Shown: positions 44,301 to 53,347, counted from the stretch's first letter. The stretch: 64,000 nucleotides of DNA from an uncultured Collinsella sp. (GCA_900757615.1 CAAEON010000054.1:13219-77218), one strand, 5' to 3'. Program-made: numbers and translations. Notes: generated by a model from the sequence alone, not told the origin.

Positions 44301-47300
44301 TGCCGTCAAACGCTACCGTCTTACAATCAGCGGAACGTGCCCAATCGACCTCCTGGCTCGTCCAGTGGACGCCATCGAGACTCGTCTCAACACGCATCTT
44401 GGTCACAGTGCCGTTGCCGGCGTCATCGCGCGGATAGTACTCGAGCTTATCGAGCTTGTAAGCGCGTCCATAGTCAACGGTAAGCGCCTTGCCTAGATCG
44501 TTGCCACCGGAGTGGAAACCGCCGTCGCCCGACTGGAACTCATGGTCGAAGGCAAGCTCGGCCTTATGGCTGCCGTAAAGTGAGCCCTCCCAGGTGATTT
44601 CCTCGGCGTCGGGGACGTTCCGCCACGGATCGAGTGCGGAGTTCGCCTCGAGCACATCGCTCCAGGCGGAGTAACCCTCGGCGTTGCGTGAACGAATCTG
44701 GTAGGTGTGCTTGCTATTGTAGGCGAGGTCGGTGTGCGTGAACTCGGCCGCATCACCCACGGCAAACACAGTGCCGTCGACCTTAAGGTCGTAGGAGGTA
44801 GCACCATCGACCTTTCCCCAGGTGAGCTTGATGCTCGTTGGGGTCGTGACGTCCTCGGGGGCAGCAAGGTTCGTGGGTGCGGAGAGGTTCTCGTTGAGGC
44901 GATCGGCTGTGAGCGTGGCGTCGGCGTTCACGAAACCGCCCAGCTCAAGCGTCTGCGCCGCTGCAGCAACATCGGTCTTCGCGAACTTGACGTAGACCTT
45001 GGGGTTCGTGGTGATCTTGGTGTTGTTGAAGCTCTCGCCCTGCTCGGCCTCGGTGCCGTCCGCATCGCTGCCGTAGTGGTTGAGGTTGGGGGTCTCGCTG
45101 TAGAAGTAGACCGCCTGGCCGGCCTCGGGGGTCGCGGCGTCAAAGGCCTCCTGCGAGTCGACCTCAACCACGTTGAGTGCGGATCCGCCGTTCTTGGCGA
45201 CAACGCTCGTGGGCTTGGCGGACACATTGGCCACGAAGGTCGTGGTGCGGTTGGAGTCGTAGCCGTTGTAGCCGCCCTGCGAGGCCTCGGCGGTAAAGGT
45301 CGCGGTGCCGCCTGCGGCCTTGGAGCTGTAGACGGTGCTCACATGCTCACCGTAGGAGATATTGTCGATCGTGCCGTAGGAATCGTCCTCAGTCGTGTTG
45401 TTTTCGATGGAGGAGCCGTCGTCCTCGTACTGCGTAAAGGTGCCGTCGCCCTCGGTGGCGAAGAACTCGACGATACGCTGACTGCGGTCGGTACCCTTGG
45501 TGTTGGTGTCGCTCACTGCCTCGGGGTTGTTGTTCTCGGCGTACATCGGCACGATAGCGTTGGCCTTCACAAACAGCGGCAGCTTCCAAAGCGGAGCCTC
45601 GTAGTTGTTGAGAACCTGGCCGCCGCGATACTGCTTACCCGAGAAGTAGTCGATCCAGATGGTGGGATTCTCGTCGGTGCCGTAGTTGGGGAGGTAGATC
45701 CCATTGCGAATGTCGTTGCCGTTCTCATCTGCCTGGGTATCCTGATACACCGGTGCCACTAGGAAGTTCTCACCGAACATATACTGGTACTGTGTCGAAG
45801 TGCTTGCGGCGTACTCGGAGTTGTCAGAAAGCAGCATGGCGCGGATCATGGGCAGGCCGGCATCGCCGTTACCCGTGTCGATGTTGGCCGCCGAGGCCGC
45901 GCTCGTGTAGATATAGGGCATGAGCTGCGCCTTGAGCTTGAGGTAGAAGCGCGAGATGCCTGTGTAGGGATCGCCGTGCGTCATGGGCGATTTACGGTAG
46001 GTGCCCCAACCGTCCATGTCAAGCATAGAGGGCGTGAACGTCTTCCACTGGTAGTCACGCGCAGAGATGATGGGGTCGCCGCCAAAGATGCCATCCATGT
46101 CGGAGCCGATGTTGGGGTTGCCCGAAAGACTCTGACCGATATACGTGGGGATATGGAAGCGAATGTACTCCCAGTTACCGCCATACTGGTCTCCGGTCCA
46201 AATGCCACCAAAGCGCTGCGTGCCGGCCCAACCATCGAGCGTGATGATGTTGGGGCGCTTGTTAGCGCCGGTCGTCACCGTGTCATAAGCTGTCTTGATG
46301 CCATTGAGACCAAAGGAGTAGCCAGATCCAACCCAGGCAACGTCGGTCTTAAGGGTAGTGATGCCTCCCGTCTTGACCTCGGCGTCGAAGTCGCGAAGCA
46401 GATGCCACGGGGTCTCAGGGTTGCTGTCGGGCTCAAGGTTGGACTGGGTCCACAAGCCCGTGCTCACACCCTTGGAGTTGGCATACTCGGTGAACTTCTT
46501 AAGGTTGTCGACATTGGCACGCACAGCGTTAAGGCGGTCGGCCGAGCTCGCTCCGTCGGAGTTGACGCCGCCGGTCTTGTAGTAACCGTTCTGGCCATAG
46601 CCGGCGCCGTAGCCGTCGTTCGGCAGGAACCAGCCGAGCGGCATGTCGTTGTCCTCGTAGTCATCGATAACCTGCCGAGCAGAGAACTGGCGGTCGAAAT
46701 CGGTCGCTTTCATGTTCTCGGTATCAACCGTAGGGCCCTCACCGTTGAGCGTCTCGGCCGCAAGTGTGCCGTCGAGCTTGTAGCCCGTCGACATGCCAGA
46801 CTCGTACTTAACGTCGCCCTTCTCGCTCGAGGACTTGCTGCCCTTGGTCTCCCACTTCTTTTGACCCGAGGTCGTTGACCAGCCATCACGGTTATAGGCA
46901 TTAAGATGACCAAGGTAGAACCCGTACTCGGGCAGCAGTACCGGGTTACCGGTCACCTTGTAGTAGTCCTGCAGCATCTCGGTTGCCACGTTCGAAGCGC
47001 CCTCGTTGGTCGCCACGAAGTAGTAGGCATCAAACTCATTCTCGCTGTGCAAAGTCGTGACCGTCGATGAGTCCGTGGAACCGAAGTCGTAGGAACCCTC
47101 TGCAAACGTGTTTCGGAGCACGCCGTAGCCGTCACTCGTCCAATAAAACGGGTTGGGCGAGGCAACGCCGCCATCGGTCCAGTTGTTCGTGTTGGAGATG
47201 GCGATCGTCTGGTTGGTGTGCAGGAAGCGTCCGTTCTGGGTGCCGCCGCCAAAGAAGTTCTCGGACTTCTCCTTGGCGAGCGTCTGGACGGTACCCTTCT

Positions 47301-47781
47301 TATCAAGGTCGAGGGACGCGGACTCGGAAACCACGACACGGTCGCCTGACTTGATACTCATCTTGCCAGTCGCCTTGTCCAGGATCACGGTCGCCTTTCC
47401 GCCGGTGATCTCGATAGTGTCGCCCTTGTCGGCAACCGTCGCACTCGGCTTGCTGTAGGTGTCCGAGGTATCGGGCTGAGCCTGGATTTTAGCCGTGTGG
47501 GACTTACTGCGCGGTGTGGCGTAATCGGAAAACTCACCCTTGGGGTCGACGTTATAACGGAAAATACCGTCCTCGAGGAACGTAATACGGCCCTTGATGC
47601 CGTCAGCGAAATCGATGTCGACGACATTCGAGGCAGACTGGGACACGGTCGCTGAGTCGACGCCCTTGAGTGGCGTGGCAATCGCCTGCTGGGGATTGGC
47701 AAACACGAGCGTCGCTGCAGTGGCAACGAGGACCGCGCTTCCCTTCACCCACCGTTTCGTAAAAATGGAATTCCTGCGCAC
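41368..47781 (-). CDS. giant cell-wall-anchored glycoside hydrolase family 31 protein with multiple carbohydrate-binding/Ig-like/helical modules
   Basis: GH31 core motifs: GITTLKTDVAWVG, GIWTGDQ..W, GSDMDGIFGG. Accessory modules: an FN3-like module (SIKLTWGKVDGATSYDL), two F5/8-type-C/CBM32-like modules (..YVRMTPL..SEIAIYK; ..YVTVKV..MAELKFYG), a Big_2-like module and three helical FIVAR-like repeats. The C-terminus has a G/N/Q-rich spacer, IPNTGD, a TM and HRRSKAK. GTG start at 47781 with AAAGGAGA upstream; the signal peptide is KGSAVLVATAATLVFA. Confidence 0.8.
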   Translation of the reverse strand: MRRNSIFTKRWVKGSAVLVATAATLVFANPQQAIATPLKGVDSATVSQSASNVVDIDFADGIKGRITFLEDGIFRYNVDPKGEFSDYATPRSKSHTAKIQAQPDTSDTYSKPSATVADKGDTIEITGGKATVILDKATGKMSIKSGDRVVVSESASLDLDKKGTVQTLAKEKSENFFGGGTQNGRFLHTNQTIAISNTNNWTDGGVASPNPFYWTSDGYGVLRNTFAEGSYDFGSTDSSTVTTLHSENEFDAYYFVATNEGASNVATEMLQDYYKVTGNPVLLPEYGFYLGHLNAYNRDGWSTTSGQKKWETKGSKSSSEKGDVKYESGMSTGYKLDGTLAAETLNGEGPTVDTENMKATDFDRQFSARQVIDDYEDNDMPLGWFLPNDGYGAGYGQNGYYKTGGVNSDGASSADRLNAVRANVDNLKKFTEYANSKGVSTGLWTQSNLEPDSNPETPWHLLRDFDAEVKTGGITTLKTDVAWVGSGYSFGLNGIKTAYDTVTTGANKRPNIITLDGWAGTQRFGGIWTGDQYGGNWEYIRFHIPTYIGQSLSGNPNIGSDMDGIFGGDPIISARDYQWKTFTPSMLDMDGWGTYRKSPMTHGDPYTGISRFYLKLKAQLMPYIYTSAASAANIDTGNGDAGLPMIRAMLLSDNSEYAASTSTQYQYMFGENFLVAPVYQDTQADENGNDIRNGIYLPNYGTDENPTIWIDYFSGKQYRGGQVLNNYEAPLWKLPLFVKANAIVPMYAENNNPEAVSDTNTKGTDRSQRIVEFFATEGDGTFTQYEDDGSSIENNTTEDDSYGTIDNISYGEHVSTVYSSKAAGGTATFTAEASQGGYNGYDSNRTTTFVANVSAKPTSVVAKNGGSALNVVEVDSQEAFDAATPEAGQAVYFYSETPNLNHYGSDADGTEAEQGESFNNTKITTNPKVYVKFAKTDVAAAAQTLELGGFVNADATLTADRLNENLSAPTNLAAPEDVTTPTSIKLTWGKVDGATSYDLKVDGTVFAVGDAAEFTHTDLAYNSKHTYQIRSRNAEGYSAWSDVLEANSALDPWRNVPDAEEITWEGSLYGSHKAELAFDHEFQSGDGGFHSGGNDLGKALTVDYGRAYKLDKLEYYPRDDAGNGTVTKMRVETSLDGVHWTSQEVDWARSADCKTVAFDGTVAARYVRMTPLASVGNFFSASEIAIYKTDGTDGFAVGSNLNKATISDGDYSNMKNYLGLENREPDTPTFGSQIRDHFADLNDNGVYDVYDYSFTMAGLDGGTKQKGKVAGSLAVIPSKTEVEAGDEITVDVYAADAKNVNALGALVNFKSDQFEFVSESIAQDGSTAGMENLSREKVQFADRTQTINLAFANRGDGKLYNGTGAVASFKLKAKTAGKVELPSTSWLIGPACDALEFASDGTVTMPDVPQPTVAEYGQDAFNITMTNDELTTDDGTNVEKLIQQKSYNALFDNNEGDNGFEFLWNWSGNWDSEGKLPSYVKLPTTMTFAFKTPSKLDSVEVVNRNGGNGTVQKIKAVVTFEDGSTQEFAGGEYDSFRARYAFGLSAENKGKKATKVEVTPLEASGDQMLTLREVNFNYTQGVEAIEGVELGKNQTEFFEGDVTLVDAKATPESAGYPYVTVESSDPSVVSVSAVQAGDSVSYYLRANKAGKAKITVASVLDPSKTASYEVEVKAGVDTSALVAALSKAAGYSESVYTKDSYAALTTAVEAAQKLLDGGQGSYSKKDVADATVKIEKAIDGLKMRPVDEKILINTPENRKNVKVARFSSEADYEGSNAVNALDGDERTLWHSDWAHGTGMPQYLSVDLGRDYDLTDVTFLPRQDGGTNGDIFEAEILVSDTADGYEMGTAASMGTFAFDNDGCVLTDRGDWKQMSFGAARGRYVTVKVIHAGGGDVDAYCSMAELKFYGTAVPDPVAKEDLATAIEKVDAEVAAGDLKAGDYTEASWTALENALASARAILSDENATQDEVDQALRALESARGALEKTPVAPVENPTKKQLKALVKQAKETDTRGKTAESVKVLTDAITYAEDVLGDENASDTQIQAAYGQLKLAIESLKDADSGNQGGSGNQGSGNGSNGGNQAGKPAGDKAQGSKKNGSAIPNTGDQTAATVATVGGLGAIIAAIGAFFHRRSKAK

Positions 47782-48103
47782 CTGGTCTCCTTTCTTCCGA
47801 GATGCTGAGGTGCCGAGGACGCCCCCCGGCAGCATGGGAAAACGTATCAAACGGGGATGTTCGGTACATTCCGCACAATGGGGCCACCCGTTACCAAGGG
47901 GCCAACTGGTAGTAACCAGATAGCCACCTACTAGGTCATATCAATATATGGGAGCACTTGCGCAACCAAGTTCGGAAGTCCACCAGCGGCAGTAAAATGA
48001 GCGTCAACGGCAAGGTGGGCTTAATAAGCCATACCAATTGGTTCTTCAGTCAAATACCAATCTAGCAAAAATGTACTGTTTATCTGGTATTACACAGACC
48101 ATA

Positions 48104-48149
48104 CCTTTCCCTCGGGAACTGGGCTTCGCGAAGTTTCCCGAGGGAAAGG
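48104..48149. repeat. hairpin repeat (15-bp perfect stem, palindromic loop core cttcgcgaag)
   Basis: Sequence is cctttccctcgggaa-ctgggcttcgcgaagt-ttcccgagggaaagg. An inverted, diverged copy lies at 53348-53393. Confidence 0.85.
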
Positions 48150-48291
48150 CTCAGCCGCCACCCTGCGACCTACCGGGGATTGCCATGACGTACGTTGGCT
48201 GATTTGGTTTGGAATGAGATGCTGACGGTAGTCAATGGGCGCAACTGTCCCGGGTGCATTTCAAGATGCACCTAAATGTCTGCCTTTATCC

Positions 48292-48768
48292 TTATAGATT
48301 GTCCAGGTAGTCGTCGGCATCATAGGTAAGGCTATAGGCTTTATTCAGAATGCGCACGAGCTCCTGGGCATCGTGCTCGCCGAGCGCTGAGAGTTGTTTC
48401 GAGAGCGATGCCACACTCTCGGCATTTTTTTTCGCCGCGAAATCACGGCCTTCCTCGGTGATGCTCACCAGCACACGCCGACGATCGTTTGGATCGGTCC
48501 TGCGCTGAACGTAACCCTTGCTCTCGAGTGAATCCAAGATATGCGACATGCGCGCACGGGAGAATTTCAGCTTCTTGGCAATCTCGGAGGGAATAACATC
48601 ACCGTCAATACCCGATAGATACTGTAAAACCGGTGCCTCGCCCACACTGGCGCCGCCGGCAGCACTCAAGGATCCCTTGGCAAGGGAACGTGAGTACACA
48701 ATCAGTTTTCGAGCGACGTCATCGTAATCCACTGGGGATATTGTCCTTTGCAACTCTAGAAGGGCCAT
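48292..48768 (-). CDS. MarR-family transcriptional regulator
   Basis: Winged-HTH region PSEIAKKLKFSRARMSHILDSLESKGYVQRRTDPNDRRRVLVSITEEG. Confidence 0.85.
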   Translation of the reverse strand: MALLELQRTISPVDYDDVARKLIVYSRSLAKGSLSAAGGASVGEAPVLQYLSGIDGDVIPSEIAKKLKFSRARMSHILDSLESKGYVQRRTDPNDRRRVLVSITEEGRDFAAKKNAESVASLSKQLSALGEHDAQELVRILNKAYSLTYDADDYLDNL

Positions 48769-48836
48769 AAAACCGTCATTTGCCGTACATTAGTTAACAT
48801 TCGCAACAATTATTTATGATACCCCAACGCGGAAGT

Positions 48837-49163
48837 CTATTGCTCGTCCTTCTTGCGTCGCATTAGCTCCTCAACGTCGATACCCGCGGCCTCGAGCATA
48901 CGCTCAACATTCTTTTTGGCGTTGGTCGTGCCAACCTTAAGCACAATCGAAAGCGGAGTGCCCACCACCAAGCATACGATGCCCGCGGGGACGCCCCAGC
49001 CGGGGCCGCCCTGCATACCCCACATCCCCACCAAAAAGCCAATAGCCACGAGCGAATAGCCCAGACGCAGCCAAACGTTGAGCCGCTGAATAGCATCGGT
49101 CTGCATCTTTGCCTCGCGGATCAAGTCGTCGCGCGAAAGGTCGTGTCCGTGTTTCTCGTGCAT
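48837..49163 (-). CDS. small hypothetical membrane protein (2 TM)
   Basis: Length 108 aa with two hydrophobic segments flanked by charged termini. I recognise no family. Confidence 0.4.
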   Translation of the reverse strand: MHEKHGHDLSRDDLIREAKMQTDAIQRLNVWLRLGYSLVAIGFLVGMWGMQGGPGWGVPAGIVCLVVGTPLSIVLKVGTTNAKKNVERMLEAAGIDVEELMRRKKDEQ

Positions 49164-49297
49164 ATGGGTCCTCCTCGTGCAAAGCGTGCATCATGTGCAA
49201 GAACATCGTTTTTCGAATACGTCATCTTTCAAGAGCAATATAGCGGGTGTCGTGTAGGCGATGGAGGTCGCTGGCCATATTGCCCTTGAAGGGCGGC

Positions 49298-49337
49298 GCA
49301 AAATCAGAAGGCCGTGCGGTTGAGGCCGCACGGCCTT
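49298..49337 (-). terminator. terminator hairpin after the PTS operon
   Basis: Stem aaggccgtgcgg / ccgcacggcctt (12-bp perfect), 22 nt after the IID stop. The minus strand continues ctgattttgc. Confidence 0.65.
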
Positions 49338-49359
49338 GCAGGGGGTCAAAGGATGATGA

Positions 49360-50187
49360 CTAGTAGCTCAGCGCCGGATCGAAGAAGCCAATGAGAACGC
49401 CCACAAATGCGATCACGACGAGAATCAGCATCATAACGATGGGGTTGACCTTCTTCTTGGTCATCATGTACCAGCAGAAGATGATGAAGACCATCGGCAG
49501 CAGGTGCGGATAGATGCCATCGAGGGTGTCCTGGAACTTACCGCCGCCGGGCAGCACCAGGTTGGGGCTGCAGGTGATGGAGACCCAGGTAGCACCGACT
49601 GCACCGATGACCATGGTACCGACCATCACGATGGAATCGCGAAGAGCCTTTGCCTTGGGGCCGACCAGTGCCTCGACCGCCTTGCCGCCGAGCTCATAGC
49701 CCTGGTTGTAGGCAAAGCGCATGCCAAGGAACATGAGCAGGTTCCACACGACAATATAGAAGATAGCACCGAGCGGAGAGCCGCCGGTCGAGAGACCGAG
49801 GGCGATACCGAGCAGGATCGGGATCAGGGTACCGACGATCAGCGAGTCGCCAAGGCCGGCGAGCGGGCCCATGAGGCCGGCGCGGATGCCGTTGATGGCG
49901 TCGTCGTCGATGGCCTCGCCGTTTGCGCGAGCCTCCTCGAGGCCGGCGGTGACGCCGACAATCATGGTGCCGATCTGCGGCTCGGTGTTGAAGAACGCGG
50001 AGTAGGTCTGGAGGGCCTGCTTCTGCTCCTCGGGCGTGTCGTAGAGCTCCTCGACGATCGGAAGCATGGCGCACAGGTAACCGAAGGTCTGCATGTGCTC
50101 CTGCGAGAAGCAAGTCAGGTTGCCATAGGACCAGTTGCGGAACGACTTGGCAAGCGTTTTCTTAGAGAGTTTCTTCTTCTCTGCCAT
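49360..50187 (-). CDS. PTS mannose/fructose/sorbose-family EIID component
   Basis: Sequence matches FRNWSYGNLTCFSQEHMQTFGYLCAMLPIV...FFNTEPQIG, typical of EIID. Confidence 0.85.
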   Translation of the reverse strand: MAEKKKLSKKTLAKSFRNWSYGNLTCFSQEHMQTFGYLCAMLPIVEELYDTPEEQKQALQTYSAFFNTEPQIGTMIVGVTAGLEEARANGEAIDDDAINGIRAGLMGPLAGLGDSLIVGTLIPILLGIALGLSTGGSPLGAIFYIVVWNLLMFLGMRFAYNQGYELGGKAVEALVGPKAKALRDSIVMVGTMVIGAVGATWVSITCSPNLVLPGGGKFQDTLDGIYPHLLPMVFIIFCWYMMTKKKVNPIVMMLILVVIAFVGVLIGFFDPALSY

Positions 50188-51044
50188 TAGATGTCCTCCT
50201 CTTCCTCATCATCGGAGCCCGAGGCGATAGCTGCCTTGGGAGCGTTTGCGAGGTCGATCTTGAGCGAAGCGATCTCATAGTTGATCAGGGCGAAGAAGCA
50301 GCCGATGCCGGCAGCGGCAATCAGGTTGCATCCCATGACAGCGGACAGGGTGAAGCCGAAGAAGAACGTGAGGAAGTCCGTCGGCTTGGAGATGACCTGC
50401 TTGAGCAGGATGGCGATACCGACGGTAGGCAGCAGCGAGCCGACGGTGAACAGCGTCTTCATCGCGATGCCGTCCATGGGCATGTAGGTCTTCATGAGGT
50501 CGACCATGGCGGTGCCGCCCATGGTGATGATGAACGTCGGGAGGAACGAGCAGACGATGTGACCAATCCAAGGCAGAACGTTGTTGACCAGGTAGAGCTT
50601 GTGGAGATCGCCCTTCTCGAGCCACTTCCAGCCCATGCCCTGCCACACCAGGTTGATGGTGGCGGTGCCATAGAAGAGCACAGTGCCGAGCGTGCCGACG
50701 GCGGCACCGAGGGATGCGGCCATGCCGGCAGCCTCAGCAGAGGCGGGATCGATGCCCGAGTTCTTGATGGCGAGGATCGCCAGCGGGATGCCGATATAGG
50801 ACACGGCGCGGACGTCGGCGGAGACGGTTCCGCCGGGGGTCACGAGAGCGATGTAGACAACCTGGATGGCAGCGCCGACGAGGATGCCCGTCTGCATATC
50901 GCCCATGATGATGCCGACGATGAGGCCGGCGACCAGAGGACGACCCAGAGTGTAGTTGCCGATCGTCGTGCCGCCCATGCCAGGCAGTGATGCCAGGCAG
51001 GCGAACAGGCCGAACAGCGCGGCTTGGAATGCATTGATTGCCAT
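50187..51044 (-). CDS. PTS mannose/fructose/sorbose-family EIIC component
   Basis: Polytopic protein with ..GRPLVAGLIVGIIMGD..GAAIQVVYI.. and an acidic C-terminal tail. It shares a 1-nt ATGA overlap with EIID. Confidence 0.8.
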   Translation of the reverse strand: MAINAFQAALFGLFACLASLPGMGGTTIGNYTLGRPLVAGLIVGIIMGDMQTGILVGAAIQVVYIALVTPGGTVSADVRAVSYIGIPLAILAIKNSGIDPASAEAAGMAASLGAAVGTLGTVLFYGTATINLVWQGMGWKWLEKGDLHKLYLVNNVLPWIGHIVCSFLPTFIITMGGTAMVDLMKTYMPMDGIAMKTLFTVGSLLPTVGIAILLKQVISKPTDFLTFFFGFTLSAVMGCNLIAAAGIGCFFALINYEIASLKIDLANAPKAAIASGSDDEEEEDI

Positions 51045-51116
51045 GCTTTCCCCTTTCTTTATTCCTCAGCCCCTTTCCCCCAGGGCTGTAGGTACCAAAA
51101 TGCGGCTGGCGCCTAA

Positions 51117-51605
51117 CTAGAAGCCAAACTGACCGCGGAACTTTGGCCACTCACCAATGGATTTCTCCTTGATAAGGGCGAACTCGACCGTGTAGCCGGC
51201 GTTGGTGAGATCCTCGAGCGCCTGGGCCTCTTCCTGCGTGATCGACTGGTTGTTGCCGAGCTTGGTGGTGCCGGGACGATCGTTGCAGGGACCGACGATG
51301 ATGCGGTCCATGCCGGGCTTAAAGCCAAAATCGACGAGAAGTTCCTTCATGTCGAGCGGGTTCTTGGTGATCAGGAAGTACTTGGTGTCGGACTTGAGAA
51401 CCTTCTCGGAGACCTCCTTGAAGTGCTCCTTGGTCCACACGAACGTCTTCTTGCCCGAGGCACTCTTGTAGGCCTCCTTGAGCACGGGGTTGGACGCTGC
51501 AGCGTCGTTGACGGCGATAAGACCGTCGCAGGGATACTCGAGGGCCCAACGGGTAACGGTCTGCCCATGGATCATACGGTCGTCAATACGGACGAACGAA
51601 ATCAT
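51117..51605 (-). CDS. PTS mannose/sorbose-family EIIB component
   Basis: MISFVRIDDRMIHGQTVTRW contains the phospho-His motif of EIIB(Man). Confidence 0.85.
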   Translation of the reverse strand: MISFVRIDDRMIHGQTVTRWALEYPCDGLIAVNDAAASNPVLKEAYKSASGKKTFVWTKEHFKEVSEKVLKSDTKYFLITKNPLDMKELLVDFGFKPGMDRIIVGPCNDRPGTTKLGNNQSITQEEAQALEDLTNAGYTVEFALIKEKSIGEWPKFRGQFGF

Positions 51606-51684
51606 GCGTTCTCCCTTTCTTTATCACCGGGGGTCTTTCCTCTTAACCCCCGCTCCATCACGAAAATTTGGGCGGATGCGCTGC

Positions 51685-52119
51685 CTAGATGTCGTCGTCC
51701 TCGTCGTCGGCGTCATCGGTCGGGACAACGAGCTCGGACATACCGTTCTTGCCCTCCTGCAGCATCATCTGCTTGAGGGAATCCAGGTCCATGGTGGCAA
51801 GCCCCATCATGGCGGTCATAGCCATGGGCAGATTCATACCGCCGAAGGCAATGGTGTGGGCGAGCAGGCCCTTCTCGGCCAGCGTGTTCATGGCATTGGT
51901 GAGCGGCGATCCGCCCAGGATGTCACCAAGCAGGACAACCTCGTCATCGGCGGCAACGGGAGCGAGCATCGCCTTGACGTTCTCGACATACTCGTCAGCG
52001 CCCATGCCGTCCACGAGACTCGTCGACAAGATATTCGGGGCGTCATTGCCGAGCATCTTGAGGACACTGTGCAGTCCGGGAGCGAGCGTTCCGTGACTGA
52101 CCATTACCAGATACCGCAT
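51685..52119 (-). CDS. PTS mannose-family EIIA component
   Basis: MRYLVMVSHGTLAPG has the EIIA(Man) His. The tail is acidic. GAGGAGA lies upstream of the ATG at 52119. Confidence 0.8.
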   Translation of the reverse strand: MRYLVMVSHGTLAPGLHSVLKMLGNDAPNILSTSLVDGMGADEYVENVKAMLAPVAADDEVVLLGDILGGSPLTNAMNTLAEKGLLAHTIAFGGMNLPMAMTAMMGLATMDLDSLKQMMLQEGKNGMSELVVPTDDADDEDDDI

Positions 52120-52205
52120 GCGGTCTCCTCTCGACCTGCCGTGTGTCGCACGGCTTTGCTTTTTGCTGAGATTATTGTTGCGCCGGGGCATGTTCGGTAC
52201 AAGAA

Positions 52206-52252
52206 AATAGTTGTGAACGGCAACTATTCATCGGTTAACGGTAGCAACTATT
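52206..52252. promoter_or_regulatory. candidate operator in the PTS/GntR divergent region: palindrome AATAGTTG-N7-CAACTATT plus a third CAACTATT half-site
   Basis: aatagttg (52206-52213) / caactatt (52221-52228), with caactatt again at 52245-52252. It is embedded in the only strongly AT-rich stretch between the two divergent starts. Confidence 0.35.
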
Positions 52253-52427
52253 TTTGTGCCTAAATTATTTTTTCTTCTAATTATTTTTAAAATAGCAGGT
52301 AGATTGCCTGATAAATGTTTTATGTTCCTTATGCACCATACATACCAGCAAGAATCGGGCCTGGCATCTCCGGTTTGCCCCGCAGTGTCAGACCATGTCA
52401 CGTACGCCCACGACATGGAGGTACCCC

Positions 52428-53210
52428 ATGGATATGATCTCGTTTCTCGCCTCCGAACCCTTCGATCGCAGCGGTGATACGCCTCTCTATGTCCAACTTA
52501 AACATCGAATCGCCCTGCTTATCGCCAGCCAGGCGTTCGACACCAAGACGCCGCTGCCACGCGAGCTCGAAATCTGTGAGCGGCTAGAGTTATCGCGCGC
52601 GACCGTGCGCCGTTGCTTCCAAGATCTCGTCATCGAGGGGCGCGTGGTGCGCAAACGTGGGCAGGGCACGTTCATCAAACCCCAAACCTCAGCACCCGGC
52701 ATCGACCTGGCCCTGAATTTCAGCGCGCGGATGCGCGAAGCGGGACGGGTTCCGAGCTCGCAGATTCTCGCCTTTTCAAGCATACCGGCCGTCCGCGGCA
52801 TCGCCTCTGGGCTCAAAGTGCCCGAGGGGACACCCGTCTGGGAGATTCGCCGCCTGCGTCTCGCCAACGACAAACCCATGGAGCTCAACTACGTCTATAT
52901 CCCCGTGTCACTTTGCCCCGAGCTCACACGCAAAGACGTGGATGGCTCGCTCTACGCCTATATCGCGGAAAAGACCGGCATCCTGCCCGCAAGCGTCGAT
53001 GCCGTCTACGAGACGGTCAACCTCGACAAGCATGAGGCACGCCTTTTGGGACAGAACACCGGTAAGGCAGCGATGCGCATCGTGCGTTCGACCTACGGCA
53101 AGACGGGAACCCCGTTCGAGGTAGGCGTGCTCATCAGCTGCGACGGTCAGGCAAAGCTGCACGTGCACATCGCCGCCGACAAAACAACCTTCACCGCCAC
53201 AGCCCAATAA
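52428..53210 (+). CDS. GntR-family regulator, HutC/UTRA subfamily
   Basis: N-terminal wHTH is PLYVQLKHRIALLI...LPRELEICERLELSRATVRRCFQDLVIEGRVVRKRGQGTFI. The C-terminal region is UTRA-like. It is divergent from the PTS operon. Confidence 0.85.
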   Translation: MDMISFLASEPFDRSGDTPLYVQLKHRIALLIASQAFDTKTPLPRELEICERLELSRATVRRCFQDLVIEGRVVRKRGQGTFIKPQTSAPGIDLALNFSARMREAGRVPSSQILAFSSIPAVRGIASGLKVPEGTPVWEIRRLRLANDKPMELNYVYIPVSLCPELTRKDVDGSLYAYIAEKTGILPASVDAVYETVNLDKHEARLLGQNTGKAAMRIVRSTYGKTGTPFEVGVLISCDGQAKLHVHIAADKTTFTATAQ

Positions 53211-53221
53211 ATCCAAAACGT

Positions 53222-53253
53222 GGGCGCCGTCGTTCAAACAAACGACGGCGCCC
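53222..53253 (+). terminator. terminator hairpin after the GntR gene
   Basis: Stem gggcgccgtcgtt / aacgacggcgccc (13-bp perfect), followed by gcactcattttatattc. Confidence 0.6.
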
Positions 53254-53347
53254 GCACTCATTTTATATTCAGCCCTAGTCATCGCACAAAGCCCCTTCGG
53301 CAGCACACGGTGCAGCCAAGTCACCGCAGGCCGGGGCGGGAGGCGGA

